From an uncultured Mycoplasmatota bacterium (GTDB lineage Bacteria > Bacillota_I > Bacilli_A > RF39 > UBA660), in the NCBI GenBank assembly GCA_947574215.1, contig CANPIX010000004.1, positions 1 through 59,443 of the forward strand: a stretch of 59,443 nucleotides of DNA, read 5' to 3'. The notes beneath the pieces are model-generated. The model did not search any database. It had not been told where the DNA came from and worked only from the letters and a program-made list of their open reading frames with translations. Position numbers and translations under genes: made by a program. Of the stretch, positions 1 to 10,518 are shown piece by piece; position 1 is the stretch's first letter; the number at the start of each line of letters is the position of its first letter.

Positions 1-2
1 GG

Positions 3-548
3 ACATCACTAGGAGTAGATGGAAATGTAACCATCAACTACAAGAATCCATCCTCCGTAGTTGCATCAACCACTGGAAACTATACAGGAATCTATGATAT
101 GAGTGGAGGGGCCTGGGAATATGTGATGGGAGTTATGTTAAATGAAGATAATACCACACCACTAAGTGGAAGAAATAGTACATATCATTCTGGATTTAAT
201 GGACCCTATAGTGAAGGTGGAGATAAAACGGATGGAATTGATTTTCCAGATTCAAGATATTATGATACTTATCAATATAGTACGGATTCTTTCACATACA
301 ATCGAAGAATCTTAGGAGATGCAACAGGAGAGATGGGACCATTTTCGAATGCCAAGTATGGAACCCAAACTAGACAAATCAGTTCCTGGTATAAAGATGA
401 AGCTTATTATTTAAACACCGCTTCTCCTTGGTTTGGGCGCGGGGGAGATTTTACACGTGGTCTAGGTACAGGAGATTATACTTTTTCTCGTGGTCATGGT
501 AGCGTAACTACCAACAATGGATTTAGAACCATTTTAGCCGTCAAATAA
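3..548 (+). CDS. C-terminal part of an FGE-sulfatase/SUMF1-like (C-type-lectin fold) domain protein; the 5' end lies outside the window
   Basis: Frame 3 is open from the window edge. GIYDMSGGAWEYV and PWFGRGG...NNGFRTILAV resemble the conserved YDMSGNVWEW and RGGS...GFR signatures of the FGE-sulfatase fold. Confidence 0.55.
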   Translation, partial: TSLGVDGNVTINYKNPSSVVASTTGNYTGIYDMSGGAWEYVMGVMLNEDNTTPLSGRNSTYHSGFNGPYSEGGDKTDGIDFPDSRYYDTYQYSTDSFTYNRRILGDATGEMGPFSNAKYGTQTRQISSWYKDEAYYLNTASPWFGRGGDFTRGLGTGDYTFSRGHGSVTTNNGFRTILAVK

Positions 549-629
549 GATGTAAAACGACAAAATTTGATAACAAAGTAAATTTACAATTAGTAAAAGT
601 AAGCGTATAATACATATTAGGTGAAGCCT

Positions 630-1019
630 ATGTTTACGGATGCAACGTTAAAAAAATACAATATTTCTGAAAAAAATAAATATATTGGGAAGTTAGAAGT
701 AAATGATAATTTAGTAATAACAGCTAAATTTATCCATCCTTTAGTTCGAGAAGCAGGAATAAAAAAAGTAATAAAAATAGGAGATCGTAATTACGAAAAA
801 TTAAATCAATATATCATTTCATGTTTAAAAGATTATTACAATCGTTTAATGAATACAACTTCGAGTACAGAACAAAACAGAATGCTAAAAACGTATAATC
901 ATCTCTATGATATGTGGAGAGATTTGCATAACCATAAAAAGGGAAACAATATTGTTGAAATGGACAAAACCTATGATTTATTTTCTTACGAACTTTATGT
1001 TTTGGGATATACAGAGTAA
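630..1019 (+). CDS. hypothetical protein (about 129 aa)
   Basis: ORF with AGGTGA (619-624) 5 nt upstream of ATG 630. No recognisable motif. Confidence 0.45.
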   Translation: MFTDATLKKYNISEKNKYIGKLEVNDNLVITAKFIHPLVREAGIKKVIKIGDRNYEKLNQYIISCLKDYYNRLMNTTSSTEQNRMLKTYNHLYDMWRDLHNHKKGNNIVEMDKTYDLFSYELYVLGYTE

Positions 1020-1069
1020 AAAAATATCATTTTTACTTTTTTTATGTTAAAATGCAGTTAGGTGAAAAC

Positions 1070-3265
1070 ATGATGGAAAATATAAAAGGCAAAATACGAC
1101 AAACTATTTATAAAAATGAAAACGGTTTTTTTGTTGGAACGTTTCGAGTAAAAGAAGCTGGAAGTGAAAATCTACAAGAATTTGTAAACAAAACTATAAC
1201 CATTAGTGGAACTATTTTCGACCCAAATGAAGAAGAAATTTATCTATTAGTAGGAGAATATTTAAAACATGAACGGTATGGCTATCAATTTAAAATTTTT
1301 AATTATGAAAAAGAAAAACCTACAAGTAGTGATGCTATAATAGAATTTTTAGCAAGTCCATTAATTAAAGGCTGTGGAGAGAAAACCGCGAGAAAAATTG
1401 TAGAAACATTAGGAGAAAATGCCATTGATTTAATAAAAGAAAACAAGGGAAATTTATTTTTAGTTACTGATATGACGGAAAAAAGAGCAAATAACATCTA
1501 CACCTCTCTTCTCATGCATTCTTCAAATGATGATACAATAATCGAATTAAAATCTTTTGGTTTTTCGATTGGAGAAGCAACAAAAATAATAAAAAAATTT
1601 AAAGAAAACGCGAGAATTTACTTGCACGAAAACTTGTATTGTTTTAAGAAAATTATTGATTTTAATAAATTGGATGCAATTTATAAAAAGAATTTTGAGG
1701 CGACTAGTAAGATACGAACCAAAGAATGTATTCTAGAAACTATGAAAAAAATAAGTGAGACAACAGGAGATATTTATTATTTTCAAGAAGAAATTGAAAG
1801 TGCTTTAAAAAACTATTTTCAAATTCTTTTGGAAAAAGAGGAATTTACTAATTTTTTAGAAGAACTTTTTAAAGAAAATAACATTATAATAGAACACGAA
1901 AAGTACTATTTAAAAGAAAATTACATTATGGAGCAAGATATTGCTAAAAATTTGTTAAAAATCAGTAGTCTTCCGAAAAAAAATATAGATCACTTTGAAG
2001 AGACTATTCATACATTAGAAAACAATATTGGTGTTACATACAATCAAGAACAAAAAAATGCTATAAAAAATGCATTAGAAAATCGTATTTCTATTATTTC
2101 TGGAGGACCTGGAACTGGAAAAACGACAATTATTAACGCTATTACACGCCTTTATATCGATATCAATAGGCTTTCTCCAATAGATGTTCTTAGTACAGTT
2201 GCCCTTTTGGCTCCTACAGGAAGAGCCAGCAAAAAAATGGCTGAATCCACACATTTGCCAGCGATGACTATACATAGATACTTAAAATGGAACAAAGATA
2301 CAAATGATTTTAATATCAACGAATATAACAAAAACAACCATACTTTAATCATTGTGGATGAAACGAGTATGATCGATACATTTTTATTCGACTCTCTATT
2401 AAAAGGAATCAATTCAAACATTCAATTGATATTAGTAGGAGATACGTTTCAACTTCCAAGCGTAGGAGCGGGTCTTATATTAAATGATTTAGTAGAATCT
2501 GGATTATTTTCTTACAATCCATTGGAAAAGATTTATCGTCAAAGTGAAAATTCTTACATAGCTGATTTAGCACGTGAAATAAAAGACCACAAGTTAAGTG
2601 AATCTTTTACAGAAAAAAAAGACGATTACAATTTCTTTTTAACAGATTCTAAAGAAATAAACAAAATGATTAAAGAAATATGTAAACGAAGTATAGAAAA
2701 AGGATTAAAAGTAGAAGATATTCAAGTTTTAGCGCCTATGTATAAAGGAGAAAATGGCATAGATAATTTAAATTTATCGTTGCAAGAATTGTTTAATCCA
2801 AAAAGAGAGAATCAAAAAGAATTAAAATTAGGGGATGTTACATTTCGAGAAAACGATAAAGTATTACAACTTGTAAATAATCCCGATTGTAATGTTTATA
2901 ATGGAGATATTGGTTTCATAAAAAAATTGGATCTTAAATCAACAACGCGAAAAAAAGAAATAATTACTATTGATTTTGATGGCAATTATGTTGAATACAC
3001 CAAAGAAGATCTTTATATGATAAAACACGCTTATGCTATAACTGTTCATAAGAGTCAAGGAAGTGAATTTCCGCACGTATTATTGCCAATAAGCAAAAAT
3101 TATTATAAAATGCTTTACAATAAACTGATTTATACAGGGGTTTCTAGAGCCAAAAAAAGTTTAGTCCTTGTTGGTGAGAAAAATGCTTTTTTGATGGCAA
3201 TGAATAATGATTACAGTACCTATCGAAAAACATCCTTAAAACACGTTTTATTGCATATTTTTTAA
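1070..3265 (+). CDS. recD2: ATP-dependent RecD2-type SF1 DNA helicase
   Basis: Walker A GGPGTGKTT, Walker B IIVDETSM, LVGDTFQLPSVGAG, TVHKSQGSEF and YTGVSRAK motifs. AGGTGA precedes ATG 1070/1073, so ATG 1052 is unlikely to be the start. Confidence 0.9.
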   Translation: MMENIKGKIRQTIYKNENGFFVGTFRVKEAGSENLQEFVNKTITISGTIFDPNEEEIYLLVGEYLKHERYGYQFKIFNYEKEKPTSSDAIIEFLASPLIKGCGEKTARKIVETLGENAIDLIKENKGNLFLVTDMTEKRANNIYTSLLMHSSNDDTIIELKSFGFSIGEATKIIKKFKENARIYLHENLYCFKKIIDFNKLDAIYKKNFEATSKIRTKECILETMKKISETTGDIYYFQEEIESALKNYFQILLEKEEFTNFLEELFKENNIIIEHEKYYLKENYIMEQDIAKNLLKISSLPKKNIDHFEETIHTLENNIGVTYNQEQKNAIKNALENRISIISGGPGTGKTTIINAITRLYIDINRLSPIDVLSTVALLAPTGRASKKMAESTHLPAMTIHRYLKWNKDTNDFNINEYNKNNHTLIIVDETSMIDTFLFDSLLKGINSNIQLILVGDTFQLPSVGAGLILNDLVESGLFSYNPLEKIYRQSENSYIADLAREIKDHKLSESFTEKKDDYNFFLTDSKEINKMIKEICKRSIEKGLKVEDIQVLAPMYKGENGIDNLNLSLQELFNPKRENQKELKLGDVTFRENDKVLQLVNNPDCNVYNGDIGFIKKLDLKSTTRKKEIITIDFDGNYVEYTKEDLYMIKHAYAITVHKSQGSEFPHVLLPISKNYYKMLYNKLIYTGVSRAKKSLVLVGEKNAFLMAMNNDYSTYRKTSLKHVLLHIF

Positions 3266-3300
3266 ATTTCGTTTCATACTACAAATAAGGAGTGATTTTT

Positions 3301-3456
3301 ATGAAAAGAATGATGATAGCAACAACGGTTGGTATGGCTTGTGGAGCAGGACTAGCTGCTTATGTATTAACCAATAAAAACACAAAGAAAAACGCGGATA
3401 AACTATTAAATACAATGATGGATGAAGCCAATCATATGATTAAAGCAAAAAATTAG
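3301..3456 (+). CDS. small membrane-anchored protein (51 aa), below the ORF-track cutoff
   Basis: AAGGAG 8 nt upstream of ATG 3301. Translation MKRMMIATTVGMACGAGLAAYVL... has one hydrophobic helix followed by a charged tail. A hairpin plus T-run follows the stop. Confidence 0.4.
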   Translation: MKRMMIATTVGMACGAGLAAYVLTNKNTKKNADKLLNTMMDEANHMIKAKN

Positions 3457-3480
3457 AAGAGACACTCTTCTTTTTTATTT
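3456..3480 (+). terminator. putative rho-independent terminator
   Basis: GAAGAG-aca-CTCTTC hairpin followed by TTTTTTATTT. Confidence 0.4.
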
Positions 3481-3498
3481 TCATTTTATTTCAGAAAA

Positions 3499-3507
3499 TG
3501 GTATAAT
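3499..3507 (+). promoter_or_regulatory. extended -10 element (TGGTATAAT) upstream of mutS
   Basis: TGnTATAAT match 20 nt upstream of the mutS start. Confidence 0.35.
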
Positions 3508-3526
3508 TTTCCTGGGTGGGTAAAAC

Positions 3527-6070
3527 ATGAAACGTAGTGAAATTGACAAAGAAAAATTAAGTCCTGGCATGCGCCAATATTATGATATAAAAGAAGAATA
3601 TCCTAATGAGTTATTGTTTTTTCGTTTAGGAGATTTTTATGAACTTTTTTTTGAAGACGGAGAAATTGCTTCTCGTGAACTTGAGTTGACTTTAACTAGC
3701 AAAAACGCTGGATTAGAAGAAAGAGTTCCTATGTGTGGAGTTCCTTTTCATTCTGTAAAACCTTATATAGAAAAATTAGTAAATAAAGGATACAAAGTAG
3801 CCATTTGTGAGCAATTGGAAGAGCCTAAAAATACAAAAGGAATGGTACGTCGAGGTGTAGTTGAAGTTATTAGTAAAGGAACCATAGTGGATTCAGAACT
3901 TTTAAGTGAACACGAAAACAATTATATTGCTAGTATTTTAGATTTTTCTTTTACCTACGTTTTGTGTTATGCCGATATTTCAACAGGTAGCTTAAACATT
4001 ATGAATGTAGAGCCAAAAAAAGAAAGCTTATTAAATGAACTTTTAAATTTAAAGGTTAAAGAAGTTGTTTTAAAAGATAATTTGGATTCAGAACTTATTA
4101 GTCTTTTAAAAGAGAATTATGGAATTGAAGTAACGATATCGGATCGATTTATGGAAAATGGTTATGAAAATTTAATAGAGAGTGTAGAAGACATTCGTTT
4201 TAAAGAAGGAATCAAACATTTACTTTACTATTTAGTAATTCGAGAATTAAAAGACGTTACACATATGAAAAACGTGAAAGTAATTCATAAAGAAGATTAT
4301 TTGGAAATGGATGTTCATACAGTGCGAAATCTAGAATTAGTGGAAACGTTGCGCCTAAAAGAAAGAATGTATTCTTTAATTTGGCTATTAGATAAAACGA
4401 AAACAAGTATGGGGAGTCGAAAATTAAAAGAATTTTTAATGCATCCTTTAAAAAACAAAGAAAAAATAGAAGAACGATACGATAAAATTACAATTTTAAA
4501 TAATGAGTTTATTTTAAAAGACCAATTAAGAGACGCATTGTATGAAGTTTATGATATTGAAAGACTTTGTGGAAAGTTAGCTTGTGGTAATTTAAACGCT
4601 CGGGATTTATTACAATTAAAAGCAAGTGTAAAAGTTTTACCAACGATTAAAGAAATTGTAGAAAAACTACACTTTGATTATAAAATAGAAGAACATAAAT
4701 CTATATATGATTTATTAGAACAAGCCGTTTTTGAAAATCCACCGATTACTTTAAAAGAAGGTTTTTTAATTAAAGATGGTTATAACAATGAATTGGACGA
4801 ATTAAAAAAAATTAGAAGTGGTGGTAAAAATTTTATTGCCGAATTCGAAGCCAAGTTAAAAGAAAATACAGGAATCAAAAACTTAAAAGTGGGGTACAAC
4901 CGTGTATTCGGATATTTTATAGAAGTATCCAAAGGTCAAGTAAAAGAAGTTAACGAAAATTTAAAATGGGAAAGAAGACAAACTCTTGCCAATTGTGAAC
5001 GATACATTTCACCAGAATTAAAAGAAAAAGAAGCTTTGATCCTAAATGCTGAGGAAAAAATTGTAGAATTGGAGTACAATTTATTTAATGAAATAAAAGA
5101 AAAAATAAAAACGCAATTGATTTCTTTAAAAGATACGGCGGAAATTCTAAGTGAACTGGATGCTATTGTTGCTCTTTCTGTTTGTGCTGAGGAATACAAT
5201 TTAGTTAGACCAGAGTTAAATTTGAATCATACTATCGATATAAAAGAAGGATTTCATCCTGTTATCAAGAAAGTAGCGAACAATACCTATGTTCCAAACA
5301 ATTGTGTAATGGAAAAGAACATAGCAACACTTTTAATAACAGGTCCTAATATGAGTGGTAAGTCTACTTTTATGCGCCAACTTGCAATTATCATTATTAT
5401 GGCTCAAATAGGATCTTTTGTTCCAGCCAAAAGTGCCAACTTACCAATTATAGATAAAATATTTACAAGAATTGGTGCCAGTGATGATTTAGTAAGTGGT
5501 GAATCTACATTTATGGTAGAGATGAAAGAAGCGAAAAACGCTATTGTAAATGCTACCGAAAATAGTTTAATTCTTTTCGATGAACTTGGAAGAGGAACCG
5601 CTACATACGATGGAATGAGTCTTGCAAGAGCGATACTGGAATATGTTAATAAAAATATAAAATGTAAAACTTTATTCTCTACTCATTATCATGAATTGAC
5701 CGTTTTAGAAAAAGAAATACCAAGCATTCGAAATATTCATGTTTCTGCACATGAAGAAAATGGTACTCTTACCTTTTTACATAAAATAAAAATGGGAGCC
5801 GTTGATAAATCGTATGGTATACACGTAGCAAAACTTGCTGGAATGCCTGAAGAATTGACAACAAGAGCAAATGAAATATTAAGTCATTATGAAAGCAAAA
5901 AACAAGAACAAAATGATGACAAAGTACAATTGGAGATGGTGTTTGAAGAAACAAAAAAAGAAGATCCAATTAAAAAAATTTTAGATGATGTGGATCCTTT
6001 ATATATGACACCAATGCAAGCGATTAACAAGTTGTACGAATTAAAAGAAATTATAAAAAATAATAATTAA
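3527..6070 (+). CDS. mutS: DNA mismatch repair protein MutS
   Basis: N-terminal MRQYYDIKEEYPNELLFFRLGDFYELF, Walker A GPNMSGKST, STFMVEM and LFDELGRGT motifs. Confidence 0.95.
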   Translation: MKRSEIDKEKLSPGMRQYYDIKEEYPNELLFFRLGDFYELFFEDGEIASRELELTLTSKNAGLEERVPMCGVPFHSVKPYIEKLVNKGYKVAICEQLEEPKNTKGMVRRGVVEVISKGTIVDSELLSEHENNYIASILDFSFTYVLCYADISTGSLNIMNVEPKKESLLNELLNLKVKEVVLKDNLDSELISLLKENYGIEVTISDRFMENGYENLIESVEDIRFKEGIKHLLYYLVIRELKDVTHMKNVKVIHKEDYLEMDVHTVRNLELVETLRLKERMYSLIWLLDKTKTSMGSRKLKEFLMHPLKNKEKIEERYDKITILNNEFILKDQLRDALYEVYDIERLCGKLACGNLNARDLLQLKASVKVLPTIKEIVEKLHFDYKIEEHKSIYDLLEQAVFENPPITLKEGFLIKDGYNNELDELKKIRSGGKNFIAEFEAKLKENTGIKNLKVGYNRVFGYFIEVSKGQVKEVNENLKWERRQTLANCERYISPELKEKEALILNAEEKIVELEYNLFNEIKEKIKTQLISLKDTAEILSELDAIVALSVCAEEYNLVRPELNLNHTIDIKEGFHPVIKKVANNTYVPNNCVMEKNIATLLITGPNMSGKSTFMRQLAIIIIMAQIGSFVPAKSANLPIIDKIFTRIGASDDLVSGESTFMVEMKEAKNAIVNATENSLILFDELGRGTATYDGMSLARAILEYVNKNIKCKTLFSTHYHELTVLEKEIPSIRNIHVSAHEENGTLTFLHKIKMGAVDKSYGIHVAKLAGMPEELTTRANEILSHYESKKQEQNDDKVQLEMVFEETKKEDPIKKILDDVDPLYMTPMQAINKLYELKEIIKNNN

Positions 6071-6142
6071 ATAGAAACTTTATTTAAATTTATAAAATTA
6101 TTTTTTAAAGATAAAAATAAAGTGAAAAAAGGAGTCTTGAAA

Positions 6143-6892
6143 ATGGAAACTAAATTATTATCTTATGTTGTTGAAGAATTTTTATACGATGTCGGTTTAA
6201 ATGAAAACAAAAACGCTAGAAAAACACTGCGATATTTTCTAAATAGAAACATCAATATTCTTTTTGGAAAAGAAATTTTTTCTTCTTTTGAATTAAAAAT
6301 AAGAAGAGGCGTTCAAAAAGAAGAAAACTATACAGGCAGTCAATTTGAATTTCGTCGCAGTAACTATTTGAAAATTATTTATGCTGAAAATACCTTTATT
6401 TTAGTATTTAATAAACAAGATGGAATTTTAAAACTTAGTAAATTAAATGAAATGGATGAATTTGTAATTCGATTTGATCAAGATAAAATTTGTAATAAAA
6501 TTACATATTCTTCAAGTGAAGAAATTGTTACAGAGTATCAAAACGTTGGTATAGAAAAAGAAGCTTATTTTGATTATCAAAAAGTAAGATATAGGAATGG
6601 TCAGGAAGAAATTATTACAATCCCTTATCGACTAAGACCTATTTTTATTAAACAAAGTGTGTCTAGTCTTTTTACGGTTGAAGAATTGTGTGCTTCTAAA
6701 AATAAAAGTTCATCTTCTTTTTCTATTTCTTTAAAAGAATCTATTAAAAATTTTTTTTCTTTTTCAAATCAAAAAGATATTGTACAAATACCAAGTCAAG
6801 ACAACTCCGTAGATTGTTATGATAATTTATTAGAGATTTACGCTATCTTAATAAAAGATGAAGATTCGAAAAAATTGGAGAGAAAAATTTAA
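6143..6892 (+). CDS. hypothetical protein (249 aa)
   Basis: AAGGAG (6129-6134) precedes ATG 6143. No recognisable motif. It occupies the slot where mutL is normally found. Confidence 0.45.
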   Translation: METKLLSYVVEEFLYDVGLNENKNARKTLRYFLNRNINILFGKEIFSSFELKIRRGVQKEENYTGSQFEFRRSNYLKIIYAENTFILVFNKQDGILKLSKLNEMDEFVIRFDQDKICNKITYSSSEEIVTEYQNVGIEKEAYFDYQKVRYRNGQEEIITIPYRLRPIFIKQSVSSLFTVEELCASKNKSSSSFSISLKESIKNFFSFSNQKDIVQIPSQDNSVDCYDNLLEIYAILIKDEDSKKLERKI

Positions 6893-7003
6893 AATTTCTA
6901 AACACCTAATTTTTTATTTTTTAGAAAAAAGCTTTTGGAATGAAATTTAGAGTTTATCTAGGCATTTTCTGGAACTTATGATATAATTTAACTGGTGGTT
7001 TTT

Positions 7004-7399
7004 ATGGCATACAAAAGAAGCGAATTAAGAGAAAAGTGCATGATTATACTTTACCAATACGATGTGATGAAAAGTAATAAAATAAATATAGAGTTGGATG
7101 AAATTATCAAAGAAAATATGGAAATTGAGAATGAATTTGTCAAAGATATTGTTTATGGAGTTGTCACGCATTTAGAAGAATTGGATTCTTTGGCCAATTC
7201 CCATATAAAAGATTGGACCATTGACAGGCTGGATAAAACAGGATCTTCAATTTTACGAATTGCATTGTTTGAATTAAATTATATGGATACGCCAGAAGTC
7301 GTCGTAATTAATGAAGCCATTGAACTTGCTAAAAAATATAGTGACGATGCGGTTCGTAAAATGATTAATGCAGTACTGGATAAAATTATCCGTGAATAG
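7004..7399 (+). CDS. nusB: transcription antitermination factor NusB
   Basis: The size and the ILRIALFEL / INEAIELAKKY / VNAVLDKI pattern are typical of NusB. It lies upstream of xseAB, as in other Bacillota. TGATATAAT at 6979-6987. Confidence 0.8.
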   Translation: MAYKRSELREKCMIILYQYDVMKSNKINIELDEIIKENMEIENEFVKDIVYGVVTHLEELDSLANSHIKDWTIDRLDKTGSSILRIALFELNYMDTPEVVVINEAIELAKKYSDDAVRKMINAVLDKIIRE

Positions 7400-7407
7400 G
7401 TGTTTTT

Positions 7408-8757
7408 ATGATTGGAATAGAAGAAAAGTATTTAAAAATAAGTGATTTAAATGATTATATTAAAGGAATGTTCGATGAAAATAGTTTTCTTCGTAAAATT
7501 TATTTAAAAGGCGAAATCTCAAACTTTAAAAATCATACAAGAGGACATTTGTATTTTACATTAAAAGATGAAACTTCAAGAATTAGTGCGGTTATGTTTT
7601 ATAACAGTGCTTTGTCCTTGAAGTTTAAACCGGAAGATGGAATGAATGTTTTAGTAACTGGACGAATTTCTTGCTACCCAGCTCAAGGAACTTATCAGAT
7701 TTATGTAGAAACTATGGTGATGGATGGGCTAGGAAATCTTTATATCGAATACGAAAAATTAAAGAAAAAATTAGCCAATGAAGGTTTGTTTGACGTGCGT
7801 TTTAAAAAAACAATCCCAAAATACCCCAAAAAAATTGGAATTATCACAGCTTCTACAGGAGCGGCAATACGAGATATTTTAAGTACAATTAAAAGAAGAT
7901 ATCCCATTTGTGAAACCATTTTATTTCCATCTTTAGTGCAAGGGGCATCAGCTGCTCCAGAAATCGTTCGTCAAATAAGGCGCGCTAATGAATTTGATTT
8001 GGATGTTCTAATTTGTGGACGTGGAGGGGGCTCTATAGAAGACTTATGGGCATTTAATGAAGAAAGTGTGGCCAGAGCTATTTTTGAATCTAAAATTCCA
8101 ATTATTAGTGCAGTGGGACATGAGGTAGATTATACGATAGCCGACTTTGTTGCAGATATGAGAGCTCCTACGCCAACAGGAGCGGCTGAAATGGCAGTTC
8201 CTACTAAAAAAGATATTGAAACTATTTTATATGAAAAGAAAAAACAGTTAAATACAATTCTAAAACATACATTAAAAATTCGTATCGATAAAATCAAAAG
8301 CATAAAAAACAGTTTTATTCTGAAAAATCCGATGTCTTTGTATGAAATAAAAGAACAAAAATTAGATATTTTAATGGAACAATTATATAAAAATATTCAA
8401 AATAAATTAAAAGATGGAGAAACAAGGCTTGCTCTTATAAAAAAGAATTACGTTCTTAAAAATCCTCTTGTTTCTTTTGAAACCTTTAAAAATAGAATGG
8501 ATAGTACACAAGTAAAACTTCATCATTTTATTAAAAATTATTTAGACGAAAAAAAACATGAACAAAAACTTTTACTTACAACATTAAAACTTGTAAATCC
8601 TTTAAATATTTTAGAAAAGGGGTATAGTTTGGTAGAAAAAGAAGGGCAAATCATCCAATCAAGTGATGCAATCAATATAGAAGACTTGATTCATATAAAA
8701 TTAAGGAAAGGCGAATTAATCGCTGTAGTGAAGGAGAAAAAAGAATGGAAAATTTAA
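7408..8757 (+). CDS. xseA: exodeoxyribonuclease VII large subunit
   Basis: N-terminal OB-fold region (GEISNFKNHTRGHLYFTLKD) and GRGGGSIEDLWAFNEE motif. Confidence 0.9.
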   Translation: MIGIEEKYLKISDLNDYIKGMFDENSFLRKIYLKGEISNFKNHTRGHLYFTLKDETSRISAVMFYNSALSLKFKPEDGMNVLVTGRISCYPAQGTYQIYVETMVMDGLGNLYIEYEKLKKKLANEGLFDVRFKKTIPKYPKKIGIITASTGAAIRDILSTIKRRYPICETILFPSLVQGASAAPEIVRQIRRANEFDLDVLICGRGGGSIEDLWAFNEESVARAIFESKIPIISAVGHEVDYTIADFVADMRAPTPTGAAEMAVPTKKDIETILYEKKKQLNTILKHTLKIRIDKIKSIKNSFILKNPMSLYEIKEQKLDILMEQLYKNIQNKLKDGETRLALIKKNYVLKNPLVSFETFKNRMDSTQVKLHHFIKNYLDEKKHEQKLLLTTLKLVNPLNILEKGYSLVEKEGQIIQSSDAINIEDLIHIKLRKGELIAVVKEKKEWKI

Positions 8758-8972
8758 ATTTTGAAAAGTCACTAGAAAAATTAGAAACAATTGTGCATGA
8801 ATTAGAAAATGGAAATATAGAATTAGATAAGGCTATTGAAAAATATACAGAAGCTATGAAATTAGTGAAATCTTGTAGTGAAAAATTAAACGAAGCTACT
8901 AAAAAAGTGAATAAGATTTTGAATGAAAATGGTGAACTTGTAGATTTTTCAATAGAAGACGCTGAAGAATAG
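8745..8972 (+). CDS. xseB: exodeoxyribonuclease VII small subunit
   Basis: 75 aa with FEKSLEKLETIVHELENG...LDKAIEKYTEAMKL. Overlaps the xseA stop by 13 nt. Confidence 0.85.
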   Translation: MENLNFEKSLEKLETIVHELENGNIELDKAIEKYTEAMKLVKSCSEKLNEATKKVNKILNENGELVDFSIEDAEE

Positions 8973-8980
8973 GTGAGTTT

Positions 8981-10405
8981 ATGAAAGAACAAGTACGTGA
9001 TATTACAAGTCGTGATGTTGATTTTAGTAGTTGGTACACAGACGTAGTAAAAAAAGCCGACTTAGTGGATTACTCAAGTGTAAAAGGAAGTATGATTATA
9101 CGACCTTATGGTTATGCAATTTGGGAAAATATTCAGAACGTTTTGGATGCTGAATTTAAAAAGTTAGGTCATCAAAACGTTCAAATGCCAATGTTTATTC
9201 CAGAGAGTCTTTTAAATGTTGAGCGCGACCATGTGGAAGGGTTTGCACCCGAAGTGGCATGGGTAACACATGGTGGGTCTGAGGAATTAGAAGAGCGTCT
9301 ATGCGTGCGACCAACGAGTGAAGTATTATTTTGTGATCATTTTAAAAAAATAATTAAATCCTATCGCGATTTGCCTCTTTTGTATAATCAGTGGTGCACA
9401 ATTGTTCGTTGGGAAAAAACGACTCGTCCTTTTCTTAGAAGTCGTGAGATTTTATGGCAAGAAGGACACACAATGCATGCTACAGAAAAAGAAGCAATTG
9501 AAGAAACCAAAAGAATGTTAAAAGTCTATGAAGATTTTCAAAGAAATTATCTAGCTCTTCCTGTAATTATTGGAAAAAAGACTGAAAAAGAAAAATTTGC
9601 TGGAGCGAAAAGTACTTATGCAATTGAAGCCATGATGTACGATGGAGTGGCTTTACAAAATGGAACTAGTCATTATTTTGGTCAAGGTTTTGCAAAAGCT
9701 TTTGGGATAGAATTTTTAAATAAAGAAAACAAATTAGAAAATCCTTATCAAACCAGTTGGGGCGTTAGCACTCGTATGCTAGGTGCTGTTATTATGACAC
9801 ATAGTGATGATCGTGGATTAATCCTTCCACCAAAAATTGCTCCAATAAAAGTGAATCTAATTCCCATTGGAAATAAAGAAGAAGTTTTTAGCAAAATGGA
9901 AGAAATTCAAAAATTATTAACTAAAGAAAATATTACAAATCAATTGGATAAATCTGATAAAACACCAGGGTTTAAATTTGCAGAATCAGAAGTAAAAGGT
10001 TATCCTATTCGTTTAGAATTAGGTCCAAGAGATTTAGAAGCAGAAACAATTACTTTAGTAAGAAGAGATACTTTAGAAAAAATAAATGTTTCTTTTGAAA
10101 ATTTAATGGAGACTATTAAAAACGTATTGGAAAGCATTCAAAAGAATTTATACAATCGTGCTTTGGAAAGAAGAGATTCTATGTTGTATGTAGCCAGTAC
10201 ATACGATGAGTTTAAAACCCTAGCCGAATCAAAACCAGGTTTTATTAAAATCAATTGGTGTGGAAATATAGATTGTGAAAACAAAATAAAAGAAGATACG
10301 GGATTAAAATCGCGTTGTATTCTTGAAGAAGAAGAGGCAGATGGAAATTGTATCGTTTGTGGAAATTCTGGGAAACATAAAATTTATTTTGGACGTCAGT
10401 ATTAA
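8981..10405 (+). CDS. proS: prolyl-tRNA synthetase (archaeal/eukaryote-like type with C-terminal Zn-binding domain)
   Basis: Class II core motifs (IRPYGYAIWE, RWEKTTRPFLRSREILWQEGHT) and a Cys-rich C-terminus (WCGNIDCE...CIVCG). Confidence 0.9.
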   Translation: MKEQVRDITSRDVDFSSWYTDVVKKADLVDYSSVKGSMIIRPYGYAIWENIQNVLDAEFKKLGHQNVQMPMFIPESLLNVERDHVEGFAPEVAWVTHGGSEELEERLCVRPTSEVLFCDHFKKIIKSYRDLPLLYNQWCTIVRWEKTTRPFLRSREILWQEGHTMHATEKEAIEETKRMLKVYEDFQRNYLALPVIIGKKTEKEKFAGAKSTYAIEAMMYDGVALQNGTSHYFGQGFAKAFGIEFLNKENKLENPYQTSWGVSTRMLGAVIMTHSDDRGLILPPKIAPIKVNLIPIGNKEEVFSKMEEIQKLLTKENITNQLDKSDKTPGFKFAESEVKGYPIRLELGPRDLEAETITLVRRDTLEKINVSFENLMETIKNVLESIQKNLYNRALERRDSMLYVASTYDEFKTLAESKPGFIKINWCGNIDCENKIKEDTGLKSRCILEEEEADGNCIVCGNSGKHKIYFGRQY

Positions 10406-10438
10406 AACAGAAGAAAATAACAAAATTTACCAAAAAAG

Positions 10439-10474
10439 CAATAATTGGTACTTGCCAAATATTGTTTTTATTTT
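10439..10474 (+). terminator. rho-independent terminator after proS
   Basis: CAATAATTGG-tacttg-CCAAATATTG stem (one mismatch) followed by TTTTTATTTT. Confidence 0.55.
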
Positions 10475-10518
10475 AGAAAAATAAATTACCATACTAGTAC
10501 TAGTAAGGTGTGATAATT

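Noticed and set aside
1303-2421. Minus-strand ORFs of 64-89 aa inside recD2 (1303-1497, 2075-2275, 2152-2421). Similar antisense ORFs lie inside mutS, xseB/proS, spoIVB, the cadherin-like gene, the M6 protease, tadA, tadB, ruvB, queA, tgt, relA, murE, the ABC-F gene and the Rhs gene.
   Set aside because: They lie entirely within well-supported conserved genes on the opposite strand. They lack RBS sequences and have low-complexity translations. They are shadow ORFs typical of AT-rich DNA.
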